A stretch of 64,000 bases of DNA, taken from the IMG/VR virus record IMGVR_UViG_3300033148_003055, positions 1-64,000 of that record; one strand, written 5' to 3'. Position 1 is the first letter of the stretch; each line of letters begins with the position of its first letter. Both the position numbers and the translations under genes were made by a program. The DNA is from a virus. Below are positions 1-9,502 of the stretch, piece after piece. Under the pieces are notes generated by a model, which was given only the letters and a program-made list of their open reading frames with translations, searched no databases and was not told where the DNA came from.

Positions 1-154
1 ACTTCGTGACGCCCTTGTCGTAGGAGTACGTCACACCCCCGGCGGTCTCGCCGAGGGCCTGACGCTTCTTGGTGATCATCGTGGAACCGGGGAAGGGGCC
101 GGGGAGAGTGATGTCTCCCCCGGCCCCGTCGTCGAAGGTTACGGTGACGGCCAT
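1..154 (-). CDS. Tail-region protein, 5' part only (runs off the window)
   Basis: ATG at 154 with GAGGAGG RBS; reads MAVTVTFDDGAGGDITLPGPFPGSTMITKKRQALGETAGG, open to the window edge; follows the tail tube gene. Confidence 0.6.
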   Translation of the reverse strand, partial: MAVTVTFDDGAGGDITLPGPFPGSTMITKKRQALGETAGGVTYSYDKGVTK

Positions 155-186
155 GTCGGCCTCCTCGCTGAACTAGGCCGCGCGGC

Positions 187-705
187 TTACGCGCCCGCTT
201 CCGGAGCGTAGAGCGCCCAGAGCATCGCGCCGTTGCCCTTGGTCGTGTCGAGCAGCCCCTCGAACGTCACAGCAACCAGGCGGTCGCCGTCGTTCGTGTA
301 GGAGATGTCCCCGACCTCGCGGACGTAGGCCTTCTTGATAACCGTGTCCTCGGTCGAGCCCGTCGCGCCGTATGGCCGCAGGATGAGCTCCTCGGACTCG
401 GTGGACATCAGCTGGCCGGGCTCGCCGCCCGCATGGATGTAGTCACCGGTCCCCTTGGTGGCCTCGGGGTACGCGATGAGCAGCGTGTCGTAAATCCACT
501 GCGCGATGTTCAGCGTCACCTCGACCTGCATTCCGACGAGGACCTGATCGACGAGGGAGTCGCCGTACTGGTCGACCTTCCTCTCCGCCAGGGTCTTCGT
601 CAGACGGGCCGTCTGCCCCTCTTCCGTGTGACCGAGCGTCACGGTGGCCCACAGGGCCTCCGCCGCACCGATCTTGATCTCGCTCGCAACCTTCGTGATA
701 GCCAT
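187..705 (-). CDS. Major tail (tube) protein
   Basis: 172 aa, beta-rich; IKIGAA...LGHTEEG and terminal VTFEGL pattern typical of siphophage tube proteins; RBS present; tail context. Confidence 0.7.
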   Translation of the reverse strand: MAITKVASEIKIGAAEALWATVTLGHTEEGQTARLTKTLAERKVDQYGDSLVDQVLVGMQVEVTLNIAQWIYDTLLIAYPEATKGTGDYIHAGGEPGQLMSTESEELILRPYGATGSTEDTVIKKAYVREVGDISYTNDGDRLVAVTFEGLLDTTKGNGAMLWALYAPEAGA

Positions 706-735
706 TATGGCCTTCCCCTTCTCTCCCCGCCGTCG

Positions 736-1134
736 TCAACCTTCGAGACGTCCGTCCGCGATCATGTCGAGCCTTCGTTCTTCGAGGGCGTCGAGCAAGT
801 CCTTCTTGTGTTCCTCGTCCAGCGCCGGGTTCCTGCGGAGCGAATCGGCGAACTGCGCCGTGACCGCCTTACCGGCCAGGAGAACCCCGGTCATTTTCCA
901 ACGCGCGGCCTTGAGAACGCTCGCCCGCGTGCGCTCCTTGACTTCGCGTTTCCAATCCTCATCCCCAGGCTTCTCACCCTTCTTATCGGTTTCCCGCGTG
1001 CCTCCTTCAAGACGTTTCAACGTCGGCAGAATCAGCACCTTCGACCCGCTCTGGGCGTCGGCGGTGTACAGTGCCGTCTCTATGAGTCGTTCTGTCTCGA
1101 CGTCCAGCCGGACCTTGATCTCATCCACCTGCAT
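736..1134 (-). CDS. Tail assembly chaperone C-terminal extension (gpT-like), probably reached by -1 frameshift
   Basis: Frame stays open upstream into the 1155-1520 gene in the -1 frame, up to a G GGG GGA heptamer at 1203-1209; weak own RBS. Confidence 0.5.
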   Translation of the reverse strand: MQVDEIKVRLDVETERLIETALYTADAQSGSKVLILPTLKRLEGGTRETDKKGEKPGDEDWKREVKERTRASVLKAARWKMTGVLLAGKAVTAQFADSLRRNPALDEEHKKDLLDALEERRLDMIADGRLEG

Positions 1135-1154
1135 CTCGTCGAGCTCGACCCCCG

Positions 1155-1520
1155 TTACTCGGAGTCGTTGGCAGGCTCGCCAGGCTCCGCGAGGGTCACC
1201 GCTCCCCCCAACGTCTGTACCACCTCGGACATAGAGGCCGTGTGCTTCACGAACCAGGCCATCGCCTCCTTGAATATCTCGAGGGCCTGGTCGAAGTCTA
1301 GCTCGTTCAACTCGTCGGCGTCTAGTCCCCGCAAACAGATGAGCGAAAGCTTCTCGAGGGCGTCAAAGACTGACACCGGGTTTTCGTCGTCCCCGTCCTT
1401 CATGCCCATGAAGGCGCCCATGCACGCCTTTGACTCACCATACGTCGGCTTGCTATCCCGAAGTTCAACCGTCCCATCAAACCCTTCGATGTCCAGTGCC
1501 CTATACCTCTTCTTTCCCAT
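1155..1520 (-). CDS. Tail assembly chaperone (gpG-like)
   Basis: 121 aa acidic protein starting MGKKRY with GGAGGAG RBS; lies between tape measure and tube genes; slippery heptamer near 3' end. Confidence 0.55.
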   Translation of the reverse strand: MGKKRYRALDIEGFDGTVELRDSKPTYGESKACMGAFMGMKDGDDENPVSVFDALEKLSLICLRGLDADELNELDFDQALEIFKEAMAWFVKHTASMSEVVQTLGGAVTLAEPGEPANDSE

Positions 1521-1530
1521 CTCTCCTCCT

Positions 1531-3534
1531 TTAAGGACTCTCGCCACCGGCGGGCTCAGAATGCCCTCGGCGCTCCGTCCTTTTGACCTTGGCGTTAAGA
1601 CCCTCGTCTGCGGTCACGATGATGTCCAGCTTCACCCGCGCGTCGCTCAATGTGTCGGTCGTATTCTTGTCCGCGGTGGCAGTTTCGAGAGCTAATGCCG
1701 GGAGACTGAATGGGTTCGCGGCCCCGAGAGCACCAACAGCAGTCTCCCCGATAAACTGCCCCGCCGCCGGAAGTCCCGGTATTGATCTTGAAGCATCTCC
1801 GATCGCTGCGGCTGTGTTGATTGCAGTACGGCCCGCGCCTACGATGCCTTGACCAACTTTCAGGAACGCCATGATGAGCGGGTTCTTTTTCAGCTCGGCG
1901 ACAATGTGGTCGATAACGAGCTTGAACCCCGATTGTATATCACCCACCATCGCGAGAATCTGGTTTGTCACGTACTCGGTCGCGGACTTCCACGCGACCC
2001 GCATTCCAGCCGTGACGATCGCCCATGTGATGTCCCACACCAGCTCGATTCTTTTCGCGAGGTTCCCAACTCCAACGAGCATCGAGGTCATTGCGTCGTT
2101 CCACATGTCCTTGATCTTCACGATGGCCGCGTCCCAGGCCTTGACGATCGCCTTGTAGGCCTCCGTCTCTTTCATAGCATCCATGAAGGCTTTCCAGCGC
2201 GACTTCCCCTTGATGATGCCCATCTCGTACCAGTGCATGAACGTCTCGAACTCGGCGACCGCTATCTGGAAGGCGATCCCAGCTTGCTTCTCGAATGATT
2301 TGAATCCGACGATCCAATCGTCGCGGAATTGCGTCATAGCCTCAGAGTTTTCGGACACGAAATCCGTTACCGCGTCGATTGCGCTACCGATCGCATCGGC
2401 TACCGCGATAACTGCAGGCTCCAGGAACTCACCAATGCTAAGGCCCATGTCCTTGATTCTAGCTGTGACCAGAGAGAAACGGAAACTAGCTGTCTTACTC
2501 ATCTTTTCAAAGGCGACGTTCGTGGCGTTCGTGGCGTTGCTCACGGATTCAAGAACACGAGCGAACTCGGCCGCCTGGGTCCCGGCGAGGGGGGCGATGG
2601 CGGTGAAAGCGCGGACGTTTCCGAACAGTTTGGTCAGAAGTTCTGCAGCGTTGCTCTTCCCCTTGATCGCTTTAGAGATACTTGCGATTGCCCCGGCCAG
2701 ACCCCCCTTCCCTTTGAGAGCACTTCCAGAGAGGTTGATCCCAAGCTCCTTCGCGGCCTCCTTCGCGTCGTCGGTCGGCTGGATGAATGCAGTGATGGCG
2801 GCTCTTAGTCCCGTCGCTGCTCTGGCCGCCGGAATCTCGCCCTTTGTGAGGGTTGCCATTGCGGCGGAGATTTCCTCGAAGCTGACACCGGCGAGAGCGG
2901 CCGAAGCGTTGACTACACCGAGGGTGTCCGCGAGAATTGGAAGCGTAACCGACCCCTCCTTCACGGTTTGGAAGAGAATGTCTGAGATGTTCTCGGCCTC
3001 GTCCATTTCAAAGTTGTAGGCGTTGAGTGTTCCGATGATTGCTTTCATGGCTGTGTTGACGTCCGTGACCCCAGCGACCGCCGCCTTGTTGGCGACCTCA
3101 AGCACAAACAACGCTTCGCCCGAAGCGTCGGCACCGGACGAAAGGGCAGTATAAAGAGCCACAGCTTCCGTAATTTGGTCCCCCCCAAACTGGAGAGACA
3201 GGTCCCGCACACCCCGAGTGAGCTTCCCCATATCCACGACCGCCGTGTTGACAAGAGTCGACACCTCGGCCATCGCCTTCCCGAAATTCGCAGAGAACTT
3301 CACAGAGAATGCCGCCGCGGCGGTCCCGGCGGCGATAAGGGCGGCAGCGATCTTAAGGGCGACCTTGGCAATCGCCTTGCCCATCCTCACCGCGGCCCTC
3401 GCAACGGCCAGGAATCTTCCAGCCGTTGCGGACGCGAAGGCCTTCAGCCCCTTCGTGACAACCTTGATCCCGGCCATCACGCTGGTCGTGTTCGCGGTGA
3501 ACTCTACCCTCAGCTCTTTGATCGTCTCGGCCAT
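1531..3534 (-). CDS. Tail tape measure protein (TP901 family)
   Basis: 667 aa Ala-rich helical protein; F.KAMAEVSTL, AGVSFEEISAAMATLT, AATGLRAAI, LFGNVRA motifs. Confidence 0.92.
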   Translation of the reverse strand: MAETIKELRVEFTANTTSVMAGIKVVTKGLKAFASATAGRFLAVARAAVRMGKAIAKVALKIAAALIAAGTAAAAFSVKFSANFGKAMAEVSTLVNTAVVDMGKLTRGVRDLSLQFGGDQITEAVALYTALSSGADASGEALFVLEVANKAAVAGVTDVNTAMKAIIGTLNAYNFEMDEAENISDILFQTVKEGSVTLPILADTLGVVNASAALAGVSFEEISAAMATLTKGEIPAARAATGLRAAITAFIQPTDDAKEAAKELGINLSGSALKGKGGLAGAIASISKAIKGKSNAAELLTKLFGNVRAFTAIAPLAGTQAAEFARVLESVSNATNATNVAFEKMSKTASFRFSLVTARIKDMGLSIGEFLEPAVIAVADAIGSAIDAVTDFVSENSEAMTQFRDDWIVGFKSFEKQAGIAFQIAVAEFETFMHWYEMGIIKGKSRWKAFMDAMKETEAYKAIVKAWDAAIVKIKDMWNDAMTSMLVGVGNLAKRIELVWDITWAIVTAGMRVAWKSATEYVTNQILAMVGDIQSGFKLVIDHIVAELKKNPLIMAFLKVGQGIVGAGRTAINTAAAIGDASRSIPGLPAAGQFIGETAVGALGAANPFSLPALALETATADKNTTDTLSDARVKLDIIVTADEGLNAKVKRTERRGHSEPAGGESP

Positions 3535-3535
3535 C

Positions 3536-5938
3536 TTACTTCTTCCTCGCCTTCATGACGAAGGTCATCTGGAGCTGCCACAGCTCCTTGCCGGTCGACG
3601 TGTTCTCGATGCCGGTGCGCTGGGGACCGAACGAGTCGGACCTGCGGGAGCTCTGCACGCGCCAGGCGGTCGTGTCCATGTCGCGGTTGTCGTAGAGAAC
3701 GGCGTCGACCTGCTCCTGAATCTGGGCGATGACGTCCGGGGAGTAGCCCCAGACGTTGACCTCAAGCGTGACGTTCCGCGAGTCCGCCGACGTGTCGAGG
3801 GCCGTGTCCGGGTCCTCGAGGATCGAGAGCGTGATCTGGGGGACGGCCCTGGAGTTCGGCTGGAACCCCCGGCGGATGTCCGCGCTGGAGTTGAGCAGGG
3901 CGACGAGGGTCGAGTTGGCCTGGAGTTCGTCGATGACGTAGGCGAGTATCTCGTTCGCCGTATCGTCCACCCCGAAGAAGAGCCACTTGATGTCCGCGAT
4001 GCCCCACGAGTCGCTCGACTTGTTCCGCACCTCGACGAGGCCGAATACCCCGAGCGCCGGGAGCGTGAGGGTCTCGTCGCCGTCGGCCACGAGCGGGTCG
4101 CCCGAGTTGTCGACGAGGGACGTGCCGTCCTTGTCCTTGATGTAGACGTAGCCTTCGGTGACGACGCCGGTGACCGGGATCGTGACGACGGTGCTGGCGT
4201 GAGTGATCGCGCCAATGGTCGGGGTGCCAGGCACCGAGACGGCGAAGGAGTCGAACGTCTGGTCCAGCGTGTATTCGTTCCCGTCCTCGTCCTCGACGGT
4301 CGCCCTGACGTAGTAACCGTTGCCTGCCGCCGGGGCGGTGAAGGTCGCGGCGCTGCCCTTAATCGTCGCCCACGTCTTCTGGGAGTCCTTGGTGTAGCTG
4401 ACGTTCGCCTGCGGAATGGGCGTGGACTGCAGCACGTCGGACGAGTTGAACAGCTCCACCTTCGTGGGGACCGTCGTCATGGCGTTCTTGCGGGACGTGA
4501 CGCCGCCGACTATCGTGATCGTCGCGCCTGGTGCCACTTTGCCAGCATCGGCGCCCGAGACCTGCAGGCGCAGGTCGATGTCCGGAGCGCCCTCGTCGAC
4601 GTAGGACGGGGCGAACTCCGTACCGTCTGCGCCGTAGGTGCCCGAGCCCGTTTTCGTGACCGCCTCTAGTGCGTCGGTGCGCGTGCCGAGCACGCCGTTG
4701 ATTGTGACACCAGCCTTGACATCGCCTGCCGTGACCGCCGACGCTGGAGCGACAGTGTCGGGATCGTTGTATCCCATGTAGACCTTGCCCGGCGTGCCGT
4801 CGCGCTTGCGGAGGGCTCCGGTGGCGTCAACGTAAGTTCGCGGCACGCCCTCAAAGACGCAGGCAACGCTTGTGTTGAGTAGCGTGAAGTCGTCTGTGCC
4901 GCGACTGGTGAAGACGGCATCCGTAAGGCCGGTGACCGGACCACCACCCGGCGCTGTTGCATCCTTGGAGCCGTTGTTGCGGCAGAAGAGCGCCTGCGAC
5001 TGGGTGTAATCTGTCGTGTTGTCGATGGCGAGACAGCCAATGCACACGCCGTCAGTCGTATTCCCGTGGAAGCCGGTAGTGCAATCAACGGCCGTGCAAT
5101 GAACGGCGCTGGCCGCATTGCCGCCCTGCCAGAAGCCGGTGGTGCAGTCGTAGGCGAGGCAATTCTCGGGCCCGGCGCCGTCGCTGCTAAACGTCATGCC
5201 GTGGCCATTGACATTAACAACGATGCACCGGAAGGCGCGGCAATGCTGGCTGTCCAACCCAACGCCAACCGTCGCCCCCGACAGGCCGTCAATCGTGAAG
5301 TTGTGTATCTCCCCAGCGCGGTCACTGAATGCAACAACGGACCCGGTGTTTTTAGATATAGTAATGCCTTGGTCGGCAACCATTCCGTAGACCATGAGCT
5401 GCTTGCCGATGCTCACGGCCTCGTTGTAGTTGTTGGATGCGCCCCCAGCGAACACCTGAATCGCGTCACCGTCACTGGCGGCAGAGACCGCAGCAGAGAT
5501 GGTCGCGTGCGTTTTTGAAGTGCCGACGGTCTCGGTGTCATTCATGCGCGTATTGTGAGCGTCCGAGTGGGCCTCAGCATCAGCCGTGCTTAGAAGTTCC
5601 GTGGCGGCCTTGTCGTGCTTCCGAACGTTCTGGCAGAGGCCGGAAGCCACCACCCGCTGTTTGGCCGCGCAGTCTGCGGCCACGAGCCGCGTGGTGGGCA
5701 CCCTCTTGGGGCAGTCGCCACTCTCATCCCAGCACCAGAAGTTATCCTCCTTCAACTCCGACAGCGGCCCCTCGCGTATTTCGAATATCTTGCCATTGCC
5801 CTCGCCGAAGGGGTGCATGTCGAAGTGACCCTTCGACTTCGTGATGACGTGGATATACGCCTTCTCGCCCGTAGTCGGGTCGATGCGCACGTCAAAGACG
5901 GCGTGGACGATAGGGTCTAGGACGACAGGGTCAAGCAT
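3536..5938 (-). CDS. Structural protein: pectin-lyase-like beta-helix fused to a C-terminal tail terminator/completion domain
   Basis: TISAAVSAASDGDAIQV...YNEAV and C-x-A-x-x-C-x-x-G-F coil repeats; last ~140 aa (LQANSTLVALL...PQITL...LEVNVWG...QVDAVL) resemble gp17/DUF3168 tail completion proteins. Confidence 0.65.
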   Translation of the reverse strand: MLDPVVLDPIVHAVFDVRIDPTTGEKAYIHVITKSKGHFDMHPFGEGNGKIFEIREGPLSELKEDNFWCWDESGDCPKRVPTTRLVAADCAAKQRVVASGLCQNVRKHDKAATELLSTADAEAHSDAHNTRMNDTETVGTSKTHATISAAVSAASDGDAIQVFAGGASNNYNEAVSIGKQLMVYGMVADQGITISKNTGSVVAFSDRAGEIHNFTIDGLSGATVGVGLDSQHCRAFRCIVVNVNGHGMTFSSDGAGPENCLAYDCTTGFWQGGNAASAVHCTAVDCTTGFHGNTTDGVCIGCLAIDNTTDYTQSQALFCRNNGSKDATAPGGGPVTGLTDAVFTSRGTDDFTLLNTSVACVFEGVPRTYVDATGALRKRDGTPGKVYMGYNDPDTVAPASAVTAGDVKAGVTINGVLGTRTDALEAVTKTGSGTYGADGTEFAPSYVDEGAPDIDLRLQVSGADAGKVAPGATITIVGGVTSRKNAMTTVPTKVELFNSSDVLQSTPIPQANVSYTKDSQKTWATIKGSAATFTAPAAGNGYYVRATVEDEDGNEYTLDQTFDSFAVSVPGTPTIGAITHASTVVTIPVTGVVTEGYVYIKDKDGTSLVDNSGDPLVADGDETLTLPALGVFGLVEVRNKSSDSWGIADIKWLFFGVDDTANEILAYVIDELQANSTLVALLNSSADIRRGFQPNSRAVPQITLSILEDPDTALDTSADSRNVTLEVNVWGYSPDVIAQIQEQVDAVLYDNRDMDTTAWRVQSSRRSDSFGPQRTGIENTSTGKELWQLQMTFVMKARKK

Positions 5939-5990
5939 ATCATCTCCAGCTCGCTATGGAAGGCCCCGCAAGGCAGGGCCGACCGTAGTC

Positions 5991-6743
5991 TCAGCCGTTG
6001 TCGTCCCTGGCGGCGACGCGGAGAATCTCCAGTTCGTCCTCGGACAGGGTCGAGCCTGCGAGGGCGACCTTGATCTTCGCCTTCACCTCGTCGCTCGCCT
6101 TCCCGTCGTCGTCGACGGCGGCACCTGCGGACGTGACCTTGAAGGCGGTCTTCCACTTCTTCACCTCGGCGACGAGACGGCCGATGGTGCCGATGATCTT
6201 GATGGCTCCACCTCCGGTCAGCAACGTGCCGATTGTGGCGATGACCACCGCGAGGACCCCAGGCTTATCCCCGCCTTCGGCCTCTACGCGGTCTTCCACC
6301 GCCTTCTCGAATGCCTTGGTTTCGGCCATGACCTCGTCGACAGCAGCCTTCGCCTCAACGGCGTCGGTAGCAGCCGCGTCGGCCATCTTCTTCAGCTCCG
6401 GTAGGGACTCCTCAAGGTCTTCCTTCATCCCGGTCAGCTTGCCCCAGAGGGCGAGACCGTCGTTGTAATCGACGCTCCCGTCCTGGACGGCTGCGGCGAG
6501 GGAGGCGATCTGACTGATCACGACCTTCGTCCGGTTGGCAAGCTCGGCGACTGCCCCCGCGAGCGCGCGGGAGTTCGCCGAGGCCTCGATGGATTCGGTT
6601 GCGGCGTTGTCGAGCTTGTCGGTCAGCTCGTCCATCCGCACCTTCTCCTCTGGGGTGAGCTTTACCTGGAAGAGGTCGCACCCCGGCGCGAAGACCCCGA
6701 GGGCCGCCGCCAGTACCACCAGTACCATACTCCTCGCTCTCAT
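5991..6743 (-). CDS. Lipoprotein with coiled coil and C-terminal hydrophobic segment (spanin candidate)
   Basis: Signal MRARSMVLVVLAAALGVFAPG-C lipobox-like; helical middle; hydrophobic VLAVVIATIGTLLTGGGAIKII; adjacent to holin. Confidence 0.55.
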   Translation of the reverse strand: MRARSMVLVVLAAALGVFAPGCDLFQVKLTPEEKVRMDELTDKLDNAATESIEASANSRALAGAVAELANRTKVVISQIASLAAAVQDGSVDYNDGLALWGKLTGMKEDLEESLPELKKMADAAATDAVEAKAAVDEVMAETKAFEKAVEDRVEAEGGDKPGVLAVVIATIGTLLTGGGAIKIIGTIGRLVAEVKKWKTAFKVTSAGAAVDDDGKASDEVKAKIKVALAGSTLSEDELEILRVAARDDNG

Positions 6744-6744
6744 C

Positions 6745-7020
6745 TCAGTTCCCTCCAACTTTCCCCTCGATCCTGCCGAGGGAGCCTACCATCTGGCTCT
6801 GCACATTGACCACACCCTTCAGGACGCGGGCCGTTTCTCCCTGCGTGTCCGCCAGGTGGGTCAGGTGGTTGTTGATCAACAGCTTCGCTTCGTCGATCTG
6901 GTCGTCGCTACGCTTGAGCGTTCGCCGGAGCATCCACCAGAACCCGGCCCCCAGGACCACGATGAGGACCGCGGGCAGCCCGAACCTTTCTACCAGCGTC
7001 AGTGTCGACTCCGGATTCAT
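6745..7020 (-). CDS. Holin (BhlA-like)
   Basis: 91 aa; single N-terminal TM (FGLPAVLIVVLGAGFWWML) followed by coiled coil with INNHLTH. Confidence 0.6.
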   Translation of the reverse strand: MNPESTLTLVERFGLPAVLIVVLGAGFWWMLRRTLKRSDDQIDEAKLLINNHLTHLADTQGETARVLKGVVNVQSQMVGSLGRIEGKVGGN

Positions 7021-7024
7021 GATG

Positions 7025-7519
7025 TTAGACCTTTCTCATTCGTCGGATGTGTCCCGGCTGCACGTCGAGCTTCCATGCCGGCTGGAGCCAGGGCATAGTC
7101 TGCTTCGCGAGGCCGCCCCCGCCGACCCCGGCTTCGCCACGGTCCTTCTTCGCGTCCCACATCGTAGTCGGGAACTCGGCCGTCCCGACGTTGATCCGCT
7201 TATTGGCACCCTGTATTTCCGTGAACTGAGCCTTCCACCCCTGCGGCGTCCCGACGAACCCGATGAGCTTGCGACCTCGGCGGAGCATCCCGGAGAATAT
7301 GCTGTTCTTCATGTGGCCGCCGCGGCCTTTGACCCCGGCACCAGTCCGCTTCTTCCCACGACCCTTTCTGATGTTCGCCGACACCGGCACGCGACGCTTC
7401 GCCGCAGCGTCGAGTTCCTGCACCGAGCGGAACATCTCCTGGGCAACGCGCTTCTCGAGCTTCGTCCCCTCCTTCTCGAGCCACTTGATGGTCTTGCGGG
7501 TCTCTGACGCCGTAGACAT
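7025..7519 (-). CDS. HK97 gp10-like neck/tail component
   Basis: Basic protein with AKRRVPV...GHMKNSI and PWLQPA motifs; follows head closure gene with TAATG overlap. Confidence 0.75.
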   Translation of the reverse strand: MSTASETRKTIKWLEKEGTKLEKRVAQEMFRSVQELDAAAKRRVPVSANIRKGRGKKRTGAGVKGRGGHMKNSIFSGMLRRGRKLIGFVGTPQGWKAQFTEIQGANKRINVGTAEFPTTMWDAKKDRGEAGVGGGGLAKQTMPWLQPAWKLDVQPGHIRRMRKV

Positions 7520-7878
7520 TACGCGCTCCTCCGGAGGCCGACGATGAGGAACTTGTGACGTTCGGCAGGGTCCACGACGTCGGTGACGCGGTAGTCCTTG
7601 GAGTTGATCGTGACCTTGTCCGCCATCCCGTTCGCTTCCTCCAGGTCTGGGCGGATGTCCGTCCCGTAGGGCACCTTGAGGACTGCGGTGGCGTCGAGGG
7701 TGAGGCCCTGCGCCTCCAGCGCCCACGAGGTCCCCGCCGGTTCCAGGAACCCGTACACGGTCGTCCCGGATGCGTCGAAGCCGACGGTCGTGAGCTCGCC
7801 CGTGGCCGAGACCACGTCGTTGTCGGTGTTGCGGTGCTTGATCACGACGGCCTTGTTCATGAGGGCGAAGAGGCTCAT
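7519..7878 (-). CDS. Head closure / head-tail adaptor protein
   Basis: 119 aa; DKVTINSKDYRVTDVVDPAERHKFL pattern; position between connector and gp10. Confidence 0.75.
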   Translation of the reverse strand: MSLFALMNKAVVIKHRNTDNDVVSATGELTTVGFDASGTTVYGFLEPAGTSWALEAQGLTLDATAVLKVPYGTDIRPDLEEANGMADKVTINSKDYRVTDVVDPAERHKFLIVGLRRSA

Positions 7879-7880
7879 CG

Positions 7881-8474
7881 TTACAGCTCCCAGTGCTTGT
7901 ACTGGGCGAGCCAGCCGATCGCGTCCTCTGGGATGTCGCCCATGAGATATTCGGCGGAGTACTGGGATACCTTCATCGATGCGAATCCCTCGGCGCCCTC
8001 CTGAGACTTGCGGTAGACATACGCGCACCAAATCTTCGCGGCCATCTTCAGGGCCGCCGGAATGTTCGCGACCAGAGCACCGAGGCCCCCGGTGTAGACG
8101 ACCTTGAGGGACCGGATGCCGTTTGGGAACTTCGACCCGTAACGCTCAAGGATTCCCTTCACGTCGTCAATCAGGTAGTCGGTCGTGGCGAGCGCCGTCG
8201 CCCCAGCGTGATCCCGCGGGACGGAAGTGGACTCGGTGATCGTGACGTCCTTGGTGAGGTCGACAGGCCAGCGGTTGAGGTTGACTTTACTGGCCCCCTC
8301 GGCATCGAAGTGCTCGGTGAGTTCCGCCTTCAGGAACGTCCGGTTGCAGTACAGCTCGATGGCCTCGGAGACGGCGGAGACGATCGGGGTCATGCGGCCG
8401 GTGTCGCTGTCAGCGACCACCCCCGTGTAGACCTCGAGTTCCGCGACGGTGATCAGCTCGACGGATGCAGCCAT
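7881..8474 (-). CDS. Head-tail connector (gp6/gp15-like)
   Basis: LITVAELEVY, IELYCNRTF, VVYTGG, IPAALKMA motifs. Confidence 0.85.
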   Translation of the reverse strand: MAASVELITVAELEVYTGVVADSDTGRMTPIVSAVSEAIELYCNRTFLKAELTEHFDAEGASKVNLNRWPVDLTKDVTITESTSVPRDHAGATALATTDYLIDDVKGILERYGSKFPNGIRSLKVVYTGGLGALVANIPAALKMAAKIWCAYVYRKSQEGAEGFASMKVSQYSAEYLMGDIPEDAIGWLAQYKHWEL

Positions 8475-9502
8475 GTCCGGTCAACCTCCTCGAGGATTTC
8501 GCGCAGGCGCTTCCCGGTGTGCTCCCACGTGAATCCCGACCTTATCCTAGCCGCCGCGAGCTGGCCCCTGGCGACTGCCTGCTTGTAGTGCTGGAAGACC
8601 CAGATAAGCCGGTCGCAGATGCTTCCGACGTCTGGGCTCGCTACCAACGCTTCACCGCAGAGGTCCTCGTAGTTGGGCCAATCTTCCGGCAGGTTCGGAC
8701 TTATATCGGTCCGGACGGCCTCGTATTTCAAGGGAAATGCTACCCGCCCGTCGCAGTAGTCCGTCATCGCCGACCACGGCGTGAACAGGCACGGCAGTCC
8801 CGCCGCCATCGCCTCGGCCAGCGTGAGGCCGAACCCCTCCCCACCGGACGGGAAGACGAAGGCGTGGGCGTCGTGGTAGACTTGCACAAGCTCGTCAAGT
8901 GGGAGCTTCCTGGAGTCGACGATGAGCCGGGCGTTGGAGCCGAGGCGCTTCGTCTCGACGCCCTTCTCTGCACCTCCGGGAAGCGTCGTCTTCAGGTAGA
9001 AGTCGAAGGGCCAGTCCTGCAGCATGTGGGCCGCCGCGAGGAAGGCTGGGTACCCCTTGCGCTGGTTCGGCGCCCCGAGCCAGAGCACCCGGAACCGCTC
9101 GTTCTTTGCGAGCTTCCGCTTCTTTTTCCTGGCGAACCGGTCGTAGTGAACGCCGAGAGGGCAGACGTAGATCGGCGTCGACTCCCCCACGATCTCACGG
9201 TACGTCGGGACGAGGTAGGAGGCGGTCGAGATGATGAAGTCGGCCTGCTTGAGGCACCGCATCGCTGGCATGGCCGTCGGAGAGTCCCAGGCCGTGTAGA
9301 TGCCGTGGACGGTCCCGGTGTCCTGGGGGAAGAAGGAAAGCGGCGACTGGACGGTCAAGGTCATCTCCGCCCGCGGGTCTATCACACCACCGGCCCGCTC
9401 AAGGGCGGCCTTGGACTCGCGGTTGTGGACGGCGAAGCCGAGGTGGTTCCCCTCGGCGTCCTCCGGCCGCTCGACCCAGTTCACTCGCATGGTGCGCTCC
9501 AC
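8453..9502 (-). CDS. Glycosyltransferase family 4 (GT-B)
   Basis: RKGY, FVFPSGGEGFGLTLAEAMAAGLP (E-x7-E), FTWEHT. Confidence 0.93.
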   Translation of the reverse strand: MERTMRVNWVERPEDAEGNHLGFAVHNRESKAALERAGGVIDPRAEMTLTVQSPLSFFPQDTGTVHGIYTAWDSPTAMPAMRCLKQADFIISTASYLVPTYREIVGESTPIYVCPLGVHYDRFARKKKRKLAKNERFRVLWLGAPNQRKGYPAFLAAAHMLQDWPFDFYLKTTLPGGAEKGVETKRLGSNARLIVDSRKLPLDELVQVYHDAHAFVFPSGGEGFGLTLAEAMAAGLPCLFTPWSAMTDYCDGRVAFPLKYEAVRTDISPNLPEDWPNYEDLCGEALVASPDVGSICDRLIWVFQHYKQAVARGQLAAARIRSGFTWEHTGKRLREILEEVDRTWLHPSS

